Origin: Obrimoposthia wandeli
Taxonomy: Eukaryota
NCBI GenBank assembly: GCA_977020255.1
Contig: CDROCS010000564.1
Span: forward strand, 1 to 64,000
Direction of reading: 5' to 3'
DNA: 64,000 nt
Shown: positions 25,998-36,539 of the stretch, piece after piece
Position numbering within the stretch: position 1 is the stretch's first letter
How the letters are laid out: the number at the start of each line of letters is the position of its first letter
The notes under the pieces: generated by a model
Databases searched by the model: none
The model's input: the letters and a program-made list of their open reading frames with translations, nothing else
What the model was told of the DNA's origin: nothing
Made by a program: the position numbers and the translations under genes

Positions 25998-28067
25998 TTG
26001 ACTGAATTATTTGGTGACATAAACCCAGAAGAATTTGAAATTGCCAATCCAGTAGCGGTTGAGGAAATTCAAGGGATTAATATTGAAGAAATAGTTGAGG
26101 AGGATATAGCTGAAAATATGGCTCACGCAGGAGCTCCAGCAGATAATAATGCAGGAAATAATGTAGGTGACATGAATGCAGAACAATTGGCACTAGCCTT
26201 AAATGCGACGTTGAGACCCAACTTTTCGGGATCATTGCAGATTACAAAGTTTAAAGGAGATGAGGAAAGTATTTGTGACTTCCTCGCAGAATATTCGAGT
26301 TGTGCAGATGTTCAAGGATGGAACGATAGAGAAAAATGTGTCCGTGTACAGGCACATTTAACCAGATTAGCACTTGAAGTGTATAAACATTTGACAGAAG
26401 CAGAACGTTTAGATTGGGCAACGTTGGAAAATGCTTTTATTGGAAAATTGGTATTGGGAGATTTAGCAAAAGTGAATAAGCGAATCATGAGAGAACGGAA
26501 ACAGAAACATGACGAAGGCGTGAATGAATACGCGTATGTTTTGAGAACCTTAGCCGCAAGAGCGTACCCAAGAAGAATAATGAAAAATCAGGACGGTAAC
26601 CCTGTAGCTCCAGAAGCACAAGTAGCGGAAAATGACCGGAACCAAAATGAAATGGCAGAAGTTTTGTTAGACATATTTAGAGGAGGACTGAAAAAAGACA
26701 TTAAAGTGTTATTAGCAGTATCAGACACGAATGATTTTGATAACGCCATACGAAAGGCGAGAGAGATTGAGAAAAATATAAAATATAACGCAGCAATGGC
26801 AATTTATGCAATGACCACAGGTGATGACGATAAGACAAAAGTATTCGTGAATAAAACAGAACCGAGTAATTTTCAGAATCGAAATTATGGACAAAATAAG
26901 TTTGAAAAAGTAGATGAATCCAGTAACGGAAACAGAGATAATTTCCGAAATAGGAATCGAGATGATTCGAGAGGTAGAAATAATAGTGAGTCTTGGAACA
27001 GGAATCGAGATGATTCAAGAGATAGAAATAGTAATGATTCGTGGAATAGAAATAGAGATGATTCCAGAAATAGATTTAGTAGAGATAATTCAGGAAATCG
27101 CCAACCTTGGAGAGGGGACGATAGGAATTACAACGCAAACAGAGGAGAGCGAAATGACTCTCGATTTGGAAATAATGCAGGAAATAGTGATGGAAGATTC
27201 AATAATCGAGGAAGCGGTTTTGAATCGAATTTCCGAAGAAATGATTTTAGAGGACGCTATGACAATAGACAGAATAGTCGTCGAGTACAGTTCGAAGATG
27301 AACAAAATAAGATAGATATTCGAGGGAGAATAATGTGTTACACGTGTAAACAAATGGGTCACTATTCGAGAGATTGTACGAGAAGTAAAGAGTTCGGAAC
27401 TAACAGATTTGGAAATAATAATTTCAGTAATAATAATTTTGGAAATAATTATAGAGGATATAATTCACCCCCGCCATGGAATAGAGGTGGTGGATATACT
27501 CCGCAGCAATGGAGACCGAATAATCAGTATACAGATAGACAACAGTCACCAGGTAGATACAATAACTATGCAGACAGACAGCAAGGAGCTGAGATATACA
27601 ATAATTACGTAGGACAGCAAGGAGCTGAGAGATATAATAATTCCGGTAGATATAATAATAATAATGTTAACAAGACAAATAGTCGTGAGAGTTCGCCGAA
27701 ACCGAAAGGAAATTTTAGTTACGTAAACGATGACAGCGATAGGAATCGCGAGACCGAGCTTCGACGCGAAATAGATTTTGAAGATAGTGATAGTAAATTT
27801 GAACGAATGTTGGGAATAATTAAAGATTCCCCACACACAAAGATGGCGAATTCATCTACGTTGTTGAAACACGAAAAAGGTCTACACTCGAGAGAAGAGA
27901 TGAATGATTTAATGAACCGAATACTAGAAGCGTATGAGACACCAATAGAAAAAACGTGTAACGCACAACCTATGACTGATCACATAGAAGCAGCAAGAAA
28001 TGCTACGAGTAGGGAAAATGTGAAAAAGATAATTAGTGAAGCTAAGGAGACGTTGAATCAACCGTAA
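25998..28067 (+). CDS. gag: Gag (retrotransposon capsid domain, R/N/D-rich disordered region, CCHC zinc knuckle)
   Basis: Capsid-type segment FKGDEESICDFL..Y...GWNDREK..RERKQKHDEGVNEYAYVLRTLA..IFRGGL and knuckle CYTCKQMGHYSRDC. First ATG at 26118, but the frame is open from 25764. The frame continues ~60 codons past the TAA at 28065. Confidence 0.93.
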   Translation: MTELFGDINPEEFEIANPVAVEEIQGINIEEIVEEDIAENMAHAGAPADNNAGNNVGDMNAEQLALALNATLRPNFSGSLQITKFKGDEESICDFLAEYSSCADVQGWNDREKCVRVQAHLTRLALEVYKHLTEAERLDWATLENAFIGKLVLGDLAKVNKRIMRERKQKHDEGVNEYAYVLRTLAARAYPRRIMKNQDGNPVAPEAQVAENDRNQNEMAEVLLDIFRGGLKKDIKVLLAVSDTNDFDNAIRKAREIEKNIKYNAAMAIYAMTTGDDDKTKVFVNKTEPSNFQNRNYGQNKFEKVDESSNGNRDNFRNRNRDDSRGRNNSESWNRNRDDSRDRNSNDSWNRNRDDSRNRFSRDNSGNRQPWRGDDRNYNANRGERNDSRFGNNAGNSDGRFNNRGSGFESNFRRNDFRGRYDNRQNSRRVQFEDEQNKIDIRGRIMCYTCKQMGHYSRDCTRSKEFGTNRFGNNNFSNNNFGNNYRGYNSPPPWNRGGGYTPQQWRPNNQYTDRQQSPGRYNNYADRQQGAEIYNNYVGQQGAERYNNSGRYNNNNVNKTNSRESSPKPKGNFSYVNDDSDRNRETELRREIDFEDSDSKFERMLGIIKDSPHTKMANSSTLLKHEKGLHSREEMNDLMNRILEAYETPIEKTCNAQPMTDHIEAARNATSRENVKKIISEAKETLNQP

Positions 28068-28243
28068 GATGAAACGAGTGAAGCTCCAGAAGTTTTGGCC
28101 AAATTGCAAACAATTAAAGTGCACAGATTGGAAGAAGTGCGAGCAGAATTGGTTAAACATAGTCATGATAACTTGGGTTACAAAGAAGTATCACGAGGAT
28201 TATTGAAAGTCTTTACGTGCAGAGATCAAACCAAAAAGGAACA

Positions 28244-28466
28244 ATGAAAATTTCTCTTCGATTAATTTCCGGACAGATAATACATGAAAAACTTAACGTG
28301 TATCAAACAATGAAAACTATTCGAAAAAAGTTGGCCGAGAAACTTGAAATTGATGGAATGAATATGTTGTTCCATTATAAAGGAAGATCACTAGATGATG
28401 AAGACGTACCAGTCGAGTGTGGATATCCGATAGGAAACGAATTAGAGGAAAAAATTGATGTCATCA
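28244..28466 (+). CDS. Ubiquitin/SUMO-like (beta-grasp) domain within the polyprotein (ORF 28217-29950)
   Basis: MKISLRLISGQIIHEKLNVYQTMKTIRKKLAEKLEIDGMNMLFHYKGRSLDDEDVPVECGY..IDVI; the LFHYKGRSLDDEDVP.E.G segment resembles SUMO [20 protein letters not shown]. An AT-hook RRGPGRPRK follows at 28973-28999. Confidence 0.6.
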
Positions 28467-29149
28467 CTGTAGGACGTCAGGAGTTAGTAGAAAATGAAGG
28501 ATTAACTGAGATATTAAACTCGGCGTTAGAAATGATAAAAACGCCTATAGAAATTTTAGACAGTTCAAGCGAAAGCGGAGATAATGATGTAGCTGAAGCT
28601 TGGAACAAGACATCCACACCAGAACCGTACGTAGCTGAATTACAAGACGTGGAACTAGAAAATGAGTTGATGACTCCGGTGGTCGAAGTACCACCAGAAC
28701 CAGAGATAATTCAAACCGGACAAGATGAAGTCACGGATATAGCCAACCAAGTGAGACAAAACGAAAACGTAACCCAACTAGTAGAAGACGAAATCTCCGA
28801 GATTGTAGATTTGGATTCACCAATTTGGCATGCTGCATACAGAGATAGACAAGCAGAGCAGATGATGCGACAAAACGAAGAGATTGGCCATGAAGAAGGA
28901 CCAAGTCAAGAGATACAGTATAATGGTGAACCGTATGATCCAGGAGAGAATCAAACTGAGTATCAGTATTTTCGAAGAGGACCTGGAAGACCTAGAAAGG
29001 ATGGAAGTATATTACGAAATGTTCTAACTGCACCACAAACTGATGAGGAGAGACATCTAAGCATTGGACAGCTAGCAGCGTCATTGGAGCAGTATAGTAC
29101 GGAGCGAAATGAAGATATCAGAGGTGATATGAATTCGGAAGCTCCAAGT

Positions 29150-29542
29150 AGTAAAGATATACTTACGGGAATTCTCAGGCAAGTGAAGCCGAAGTTGTTC
29201 AAAATGTACAAAGATGAAACAACCGATATAACAGACAATTTGACCAAAGCAGTTAGATCACAAATGTCTGCAGTAAAGAGAATGACTGCGAATCATGTAT
29301 ACCATGCATCAATAGATAGATTTTATGACGGTGAAGTTTTAGCGAGATTATGTGGAAACCAGACTACAAATAAAAAGTTAATTACAGCGATCACATATCT
29401 ATGTTTCCAATTGACGGAACGAACGAGCCAACCTCACGAAGTCAAACAAGGAATAAATGAAGCGATGTATTTGATCGAGAATATATTGCAGAGACGAATT
29501 GACGAAAACGGAGGTTGGGCAAAATTAAGTGACTACGCTAAA
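29150..29542 (+). CDS. Bcl-2-like domain within the polyprotein
   Basis: BH2-like ILQRRIDENGGWAKL (cf. Bcl-2 LHTWIQDNGGWDAF), with a degenerate BH1 (LARLCGNQTTNKKLITAITY) about 47 residues upstream. Bcl-2 spacing is about 49. Confidence 0.6.
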
Positions 29543-29644
29543 ACCATTGTGGAAATGAACGAAGACGATGACGAACAATGTCATGAGAATCGTCAAAGAG
29601 AAAATAAACAATACCGTCCGAAAGAAAGAAACAATCAACCAAAT

Positions 29645-31157
29645 ATGTCCACAACGATGATGATGATGATGTTAGTAATGTTCATAGGAATGCAACAGGC
29701 ATCAGGGTTGATAGCATACGACTGTAGCATACCAAAGATGGGACAAAAGTATTCACTGCTTGACAGCGAAGACTGTCCAGAATCACAACCGTCAAAATTA
29801 GAAGTTAAAGGTATTGAAAACTACTTTGTGTATCAGGATGTTGATAAAATACAAGTAGAAGTGAAAGAATGTTCAGTCCATTCAAGTTATCACGAATTCT
29901 ATTATGGCCATAGACGTTTTATGTCGGAAATCACACCTACCACACCATAACGAAACAAGACCAATTCCTATGACGCCGACACCTACACTGTTGATGGCAA
30001 CATAAACAGAAGAAGGATTGATATTCATTAAAAAGAGAAATAAAGCGCGATGCGGAATGACTGTTAGTACTACAAACTATCCTGGAATAGTTTTGTCCAG
30101 AGAATTAATAGCATTGGCAGAAACCAAGCTAAAACCTAGAGATATGCAGCTACACACGTATTTTAATAATAAAATTGATTTTTATTATCATAAAGGATTG
30201 ATGCAAATGGAACAGTTATATTGGATGATGATCGAGAGAGATTGCCAGCTAAACAAAGAGATCGTAAGAACAAAGTTAGCATTAGCTATTACGACTCCAG
30301 ACATGATAGCACCATTATTACCCTTGGATGAAGGAGTATTTGCTAAAACCATGGGAGAAGTATTGTATACTTACAAGTATAATAAAGTAGAAGTACAGTT
30401 GAGAACAACAAATCGATGTACGAGTGAATTGGCAGTAACGCATAATTTAAAAGAACTCTTTGTTGAACCAATCACGAGAATGATACTTCCAAAAGACACT
30501 CCAACTAAAGAAATCAGCTGCTCTAATATAATGGCACCTGAATATCAGATGACGAATGATCTATGGATAACGTTACCTGACCGAAAGCCAACGAAAACTC
30601 CAGAGATGATAAAAATGACGAATCTTAAAGGAAAAATGAAATTCGAAGCGGTAGAAAATATGGAGAACGCAGGTTTGTACAATGAAAAAGACTTAAAAGC
30701 GGCCTGGAACGAAATAATGTTTCCAGTAAAAAGGGCCAGAGTACTTACGGAGATGGTACATCGAGCATTACCGCCAGGAGCTAGATATGCGAATTTTGAT
30801 ATGTTGTTATATCCAAGTCATTTCAAGGAAGCAGCACATCAGACACTTAGAAAGATGTGGGGGAAATTCCTTGTTTTAGGACAATTATTTTCGGGTATCA
30901 TAGGTATTTATGTTATAATTAAATTTGTGCAGGTAATTATAGCCCAGGTGTTGTCTACGTATAGTTTATACAGGATAACCGGAATCACCTGGCAACTTAT
31001 AATTGGATGTTTTCCATTTTTAGCAAAATATCTAATGCACCATCATCACGAGAACGAGTTGCGAGCCCTCAAGAAGGAGCAACATCAAACGAGAACCATG
31101 ATGCGAGACCCAAGAAACTATCGAGACGACAACGACGACGATAATGATAGCCCATGA
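29645..31157 (+). pseudogene. env: Envelope glycoprotein of the chuvirus (Jingchuvirales) G type, internally deleted and split across two ORFs (..29950 and 30018-31157)
   Basis: Signal peptide, then LIAYDC...SLLDSEDC...V.VKEC; C-terminal half CGMTVSTTNYP..YFNNKIDF..DCQLNKEI..TKLALA..PD..A..L..GVFA..MGEVLY..VEVQLR.TNRC.SEL.V..LFVEPITR..C..P.Y..AGLYNEKDL..IMFP..WGKFL.LG..FSGIIGIYVII. This is the conserved motif series of chuviral-type G proteins. The Cys-rich middle part is missing. Confidence 0.85.
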
Positions 31158-31394
31158 GAATATGCAAAGATACCAGGAAAACCAAAGATTCCGTTACCAG
31201 ACAAGGAAGAAGTGGCGCTAAACCTATATCCAATGAAGGAACTAAAGGAAGAGAAGGAAAAATTCAAGATAGGCATTTTAATGATAAGATGGCCTAAGAT
31301 AAACTACAGTGAGATTCCACAAGCAGAGGAAAAAGACAAAAAAGATAATTCCAGAAGAATTCTGAAGTCTAGGATATCCAATGAGAATCCAAAT

Positions 31395-31691
31395 GCTCCA
31401 CCACAAGTAGCAGTAACACTGAACGGAAGAGAATATCTTGCCGAAGTTGATACTGGATCTGCAGTATCAGTACTGAGTAAAGAAATCTTGTCATCAAAAG
31501 AATTAAAGGAAGTATGTCCTAGAAAACAGACATTTGTTAACGTGAATGGTACAGATGTAGTATCAGAAGGAACACTGAAATGTTCGTTAAATATCGATGG
31601 AAGAGCATTACAGTTAAATGCTAGAATATTCACAGATTGTGGTAGCCCAGTCATGATTGGGATGGACGTAATAAGGATGTTTGAAGGAATA
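31395..31691 (+). CDS. Retropepsin aspartic protease 1 (ORF 31212-32642)
   Basis: VTLNGREYLAEVDTGSAVSVL...VNVNG...VMIGMDVI; DTG at 31449. Confidence 0.9.
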
Positions 31692-31928
31692 ATTATATTA
31701 CCAAACAACAAGAGTTATAAGAACGACAGTTCAGTGAGAGAGATAAAAATGTTGAGAGGACCTATAGTCGAAAAGGAAAAATACACTATGTTCCGTATGG
31801 GAAATCCGTACCAAGATAAGAAACAGGAAGCGCTAGTAAAGTCGATACTTCACTACAAAGATGTAAACTCCGGACCACAAGCTATGACGAGGAGGAAAAT
31901 AACATATGTGAATCTGTCAGAAAAGGAT

Positions 31929-32949
31929 CCCATGAGATTCGAGAAAAATAGACGAAGATCACTAGAACCGTACTATTCAAAAGAAATGGCACGTAAAATG
32001 GCAAGATCAGGTTTAGAAATGTTAAACGCGACAAGTAGTTATGGTCATGAGGAAGTAGTACGATGCGTATGGTGTAGAGTAAAGTTTAGAAAGTGGGAAA
32101 AGAATGAAAACCCAATGAAACGTCATAAAAGAGATGCACCAAATTGTCCATTTCTTTTGAAACTGAAAACTTCAAACGTACCAGAAATCCAAATGGGAAA
32201 AGCACCCGATTTCGATAACAGTGACGAGATTCCAGAAGGAGAATCAGCTCTAATAGTAGGCAGAGTGATAACAAATAGCCGAATTGAAGACATATTCGAA
32301 GTTATGCGAGAAGTGAACGAATGTGACGAACAATATCGAGAAGTAACTTTCGAAGATCCAAGACTTAAAAAATTGGCAAAAAAGGGACTTTTTGCTATAA
32401 AAAAGGATGGTAAAGACGTAATTAAATGCCACAAGTGTAAAAAAGAACGAATTATCGACAGATATACTCTTGAGTTACCTAAGAAAACGTTACATCATGA
32501 ATTTTGCGAATTTTGTATTTTTAAAAACAAAATAAAGCAAAAAGAACAGAAAACCGAATGTATAATCGAATACCAAATCACACGGAAAGAGATTTTGGCT
32601 CAACAAGACAGTAGTGTCATTCGTGAGAAGACTATATCCTAAAGAAGCAGAAAGAATCAGAGATTTGGTAGAATTAAAAATAAAAACTACGCGAAACGGA
32701 TACGGATCAATTTTTGAATTATTGAGAGATAAAGATGACAGTACAATTGAAACAAAAGAGAAAGAGTACATAAACGAACTAGAATACGTACTGGAAGATC
32801 CGGAATGCGCAGTTAGCATGGTCAACAAAATAGAAGTTGCCTTTTTACCATGCGGACATGTAAGAACATGTCGGAGATGTGCGAAGGAAATGGTATCATG
32901 TCCGATTTGTAGAAAGATAATAGATCGACAAGTGAGAAATATTAGATTT
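31929..32949 (+). CDS. Inhibitor-of-apoptosis (IAP) module: BIR1, degenerate BIR2, UBA-like and RING, split by one frameshift (~32566-32640)
   Basis: BIR1 EKNRRRS..MARSG..VRCVWC..KWEKNENPMKRHKRDAPNCPF; BIR2 REVTF..LAKKGLF..DVIKCHKC..H..CEFC; UBA-like LNKTVV..IRDLVELKIKTTRNGY (cf. cIAP MNTPVV..VKQTVQSKILTTGENY); IAP-type RING CAVS..VAFLPCGHVRTCRRCAKEMVSCPICRKII, with the second Cys mutated to Ser. Confidence 0.9.
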
Positions 32950-33033
32950 CACTATCCAAACAAAGGAAGTGGACAGACAGAGTTTAATAATTCGATAAAT
33001 ACAATATACCATATGGGAAATATAAATGGAGCA

Positions 33034-33327
33034 CAGCGACCAGCAGCTATCATTAGAGTAAATAATTTAAGAGTAAAAGCCTTAATTGATACAGGTGCTG
33101 TAGCTTCGATAGTAAGTGAAGACTGTTTGACAGAAGAACAGAAACGAACAATGGCAGAACCAGATGAATTCTTGGTATCGGTCAATGGAGACCCTGTAAA
33201 AGTGACGGGAATATTACCATGTACATTTATAATTGGACGTAATACGATCACTATACCAGTTAGAATCACGAAAGAATGTCCTGAACCTACAATTTTAGGA
33301 ATGGATGTACTATCACAACTCAAAGGG
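33034..33327 (+). CDS. Retropepsin aspartic protease 2 (ORF 32614-34689)
   Basis: IRVNNLRVKALIDTGAVASIV...VSVNG...TILGMDVL; DTG at 33088. Followed by the usual Gypsy IPVRLMN...RGMRLG spacer. Confidence 0.92.
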
Positions 33328-33720
33328 ATAAGTATCGATTTACAAGATCCAAGATTGAAAGATAGTACATCAAATAGACAAATAAATCAAATTGATGTAA
33401 TTATAGAAAATCCTATAAAAATAGGTAAAAGATCACAATTTCTCATTCAAGGTCACACATTATCAGAAGATAAAGGACCAGTTGTATTCGAACCATCACG
33501 GGATTTCATAGAGAAATACGAATTACCAGTTGTGAGTACAGTATGTCTGATTGAAAACCACAAAATACCAGTTAGGCTGATGAACACAACCAACAACGAC
33601 ATCCTGTTATACAGAGGAATGAGGTTGGGAAAGATAGCACAGATGGAGAATCCCACCGTGTGTGCTATGAAACTCGATAAAGATACGAATGATTACGAAG
33701 AAATAGTAATCCAATCAGAA

Positions 33721-34689
33721 AGACTGACAACCAGAGAAAAGAAACAATTACTCGATCTAATACATAAATTTCCAAAAGTAATTGCAAAAAATCCATATGA
33801 CATAGGAGAAACACCTGTCATAAAACACACAATACCACTGACAGAAGACAAAGTAGTCAGAAGAAGACCATATCGAGTACCATTACAGTTACAAGACGAA
33901 GTCAAAAGCCATATCGAAGATATGTCTAAAACAGGAGTAATTAGACCGAGTTTTTCACCATTCTCAGCACCTGTGGTGTTGGTAAAAAAGAAGGATGGGA
34001 AAATGAGATTTTGTATAGATTTCAGAGAACTGAACAAGATCACAAGAAAAGATGTGTATCCATTACCTAGAATCGAAGAGATGCTCGATAAATTGGGTAA
34101 TTCAGATTATTTTACGACATTAAATTTGCAGAGTGGATACTGGCAAATCAAGATAGAGGAAGAGGACAAACACAAAACAGCCTTTTCCTGCGGAGATGGA
34201 CTGTACGAATGCGAAAAAATGCCATTCGGACTGACAGGAGCTCCAGCAACATTTCAGCGTTGCATGAATTTTGTACTCGCATCGTGTGCAAACACGATGG
34301 TTTATATCGATGACATAATAATATTTTCTAAAACGTTCGAAGAACATTTAAAAAATCTTGAAGTTGTATTTAAAAGACTGGAAAACGCTAAATTAAAAGT
34401 TAAACCTACAAAATGCGAATGGGCTAAAGAGCGAGTAACATTTTTAGGACATATAGTATCGAAAGAAGGCATCCGACCTGATCCAGCAAAGATCGAGAAA
34501 GTAAAAGCGCATTTAGCGCCAAAGACTGTTAAGGAAATACAGAGTTTTTTAGGTCTTGCGAATTATTATAGACGATTTGTTGAACATTTTTCAGATATAG
34601 CAACACCATTGAGAAAGTTGACGAGGAAAGATGAGAAGTTCATATGGGGAAAGGAAGCACAACAAGCGTTCGAACATTTAAAAGACTGA
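33721..34689 (+). CDS. pol: Reverse transcriptase (first catalytic Asp mutated to Asn)
   Basis: PYRVP..SPFSAPVVLVKKKDGKMRFCIDFRELN..YPLPRI..TLNLQSGYWQ (normally TLDL; AAT at 34123)..MPFGLTGAPATFQR..YIDD (34303-34314). Confidence 0.97.
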   Translation, partial: RLTTREKKQLLDLIHKFPKVIAKNPYDIGETPVIKHTIPLTEDKVVRRRPYRVPLQLQDEVKSHIEDMSKTGVIRPSFSPFSAPVVLVKKKDGKMRFCIDFRELNKITRKDVYPLPRIEEMLDKLGNSDYFTTLNLQSGYWQIKIEEEDKHKTAFSCGDGLYECEKMPFGLTGAPATFQRCMNFVLASCANTMVYIDDIIIFSKTFEEHLKNLEVVFKRLENAKLKVKPTKCEWAKERVTFLGHIVSKEGIRPDPAKIEKVKAHLAPKTVKEIQSFLGLANYYRRFVEHFSDIATPLRKLTRKDEKFIWGKEAQQAFEHLKD

Positions 34690-35177
34690 TAAAAGCACCA
34701 ATATTAGCGTTTCCAGATATAAACCGACAATTCATACTCATGACAGATGCAAGTAACTATGCTGTAGGAGCAGTATTGGGACAAGAGGATGACGAAGGAA
34801 GAGAACACGTCATCGCGTATGCGAGTAGAGGATTAAACAGAGCTGAAAGAGGATACTCTGTTATTGAAAAGGAATGTCTAGCCATAGTGTATTCATGTAG
34901 ACAGTACAGACACTACTTGCTAGGACAAAAAGTATTCCTGTATACAGATCACAAACCACTACAGTTCTTATATAAACACAGAGACGAGATGAGTAGATTA
35001 AATAGATGGTTTCTAAAATTGGCCGAGTTCGATCTAGAAATCCATTATAGAACCGCAAAGTCGAATGGCAACGCAGATTGTTTGTCGAGGTTGACAAATG
35101 TAGACGAGAAAGGAAACATAATTCCAGAAGAAGAACAAGATGAAACCAATGACCAAGAAGGAGAAGAAATCTACTAA
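34686..35177 (+). CDS. RNase H (frameshifted relative to RT)
   Basis: APILAFPD..TDASNYAVGAVLGQ..IAYASR..YSVIEKECLAIV..TDHKPL..NADCLSR. Confidence 0.95.
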   Translation: MIKAPILAFPDINRQFILMTDASNYAVGAVLGQEDDEGREHVIAYASRGLNRAERGYSVIEKECLAIVYSCRQYRHYLLGQKVFLYTDHKPLQFLYKHRDEMSRLNRWFLKLAEFDLEIHYRTAKSNGNADCLSRLTNVDEKGNIIPEEEQDETNDQEGEEIY

Positions 35178-35182
35178 CGATT

Positions 35183-36430
35183 TTGCTGAAGACGGGTAAA
35201 ATAGACAAAGAGATCATCAAAGAACAGAAAGAAGATGAAGAACTGAGTCTAATCAAAGAACTGTTGGTAAAAGGAGATCTAAACGATGAAATGACGAAAA
35301 AATACTCGATAAAAGAAGGAATCTTGTATATTGTCAACAATGTCGGAAAGATAGTAGTAGTAATTCCGAAGTCATTGAAAACAGCAGTGATGATCCAGTA
35401 TCACGATGGAACACTAGGAGGACATCTGTCAGGACGAAAGACAATAGCCAGAATCAAAGAGAAATACCATTGGGATGGTATGGAAGACGACATAAAACAA
35501 TGGTGTAAACAATGTAAAGTATGTTTAACCAGAAAAGACACTGGAACTCGTACTAAAGTTCCACTGAAACCAATGCCAGTTCCTTTGGCACCAATGGAAT
35601 TCACAGCGATGGATATATTGGGACCATTGAGAGAATCAAGTAAAGGAAACAAGTACGTCATAGTATTTACGGACTACATGACGAGATGGGTAGAAGCATA
35701 TCCCATGAAAAACCAGAAGGCTGAAACAATAGCGCAGATCTTAGTGGAAGAGATAATATTTCGATACGGAGTGCTTAGAAAGTTGTTAACGGATCAAGGT
35801 AAGAACTTCACCGGAGAAGTAATAAAAGCAGTATCGAAGATATTCGGAATCATGAAGTTACAAACTTCACCATATCACCCACAAACCGATGGTCTAGTAG
35901 AAAGGTTTAATAAAACTTTATGTATGATGGTACAATCCTATTGCTCAGACAATCAAGAGGATTGGGATAAATATTTACCTTCATGTTTATATGCTTACAG
36001 GAATTCAGTTCGAGAGGCGACGGGTCACACACCATTATATCTGATGTATCTCAGACAGAACAATATGCCAATGGATCTGGAGTGGACCGAACCAACATCT
36101 CAATACTTAGAAACTGAACAATACATCGTCGTTATGAAAGAAAGACTACAAGATGCTTGGACCAAAGCCGGATTGAAGTTGAAATTCAATCAAGAAGGTT
36201 ACAAGGAACAATAGGACAATAAAGCAAAACCACATGAATTTAGAGTCGGAGATCAAGTGATGATATTTTATCCAGTCATCGAACCAGGTCTATCGTTTAA
36301 ACTTCATAGACCATACAAAGGACCATACAAGGTGATACAGACAACCTCAACAAATTTGAAAGTAATCAACGAGGAGAACCGGAACAAAGAACCAATGATT
36401 GTACATGCAAATCGATGTAAATTAGTACCA
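35183..36430 (+). CDS. Integrase (HHCC, DDE, GPY/F); premature TAG at 36212, continues in frame into ORF 36257-37021
   Basis: HDGTLGGH..CKQCKVC; DILGP..TDQG..DGLVERFNKTL; EQ*DNKAKPHEFRVGDQV..KLHRPYKGPYKV. Confidence 0.95.
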
Positions 36431-36539
36431 AATAAAGATAACGCGTCACGATATGAGTTAAAATCACAGAAATTGAAGCCGAATACCAATACCATTAAAC
36501 TGACACGAATGGTAAGTGATCGGAACTACATAAATATGA

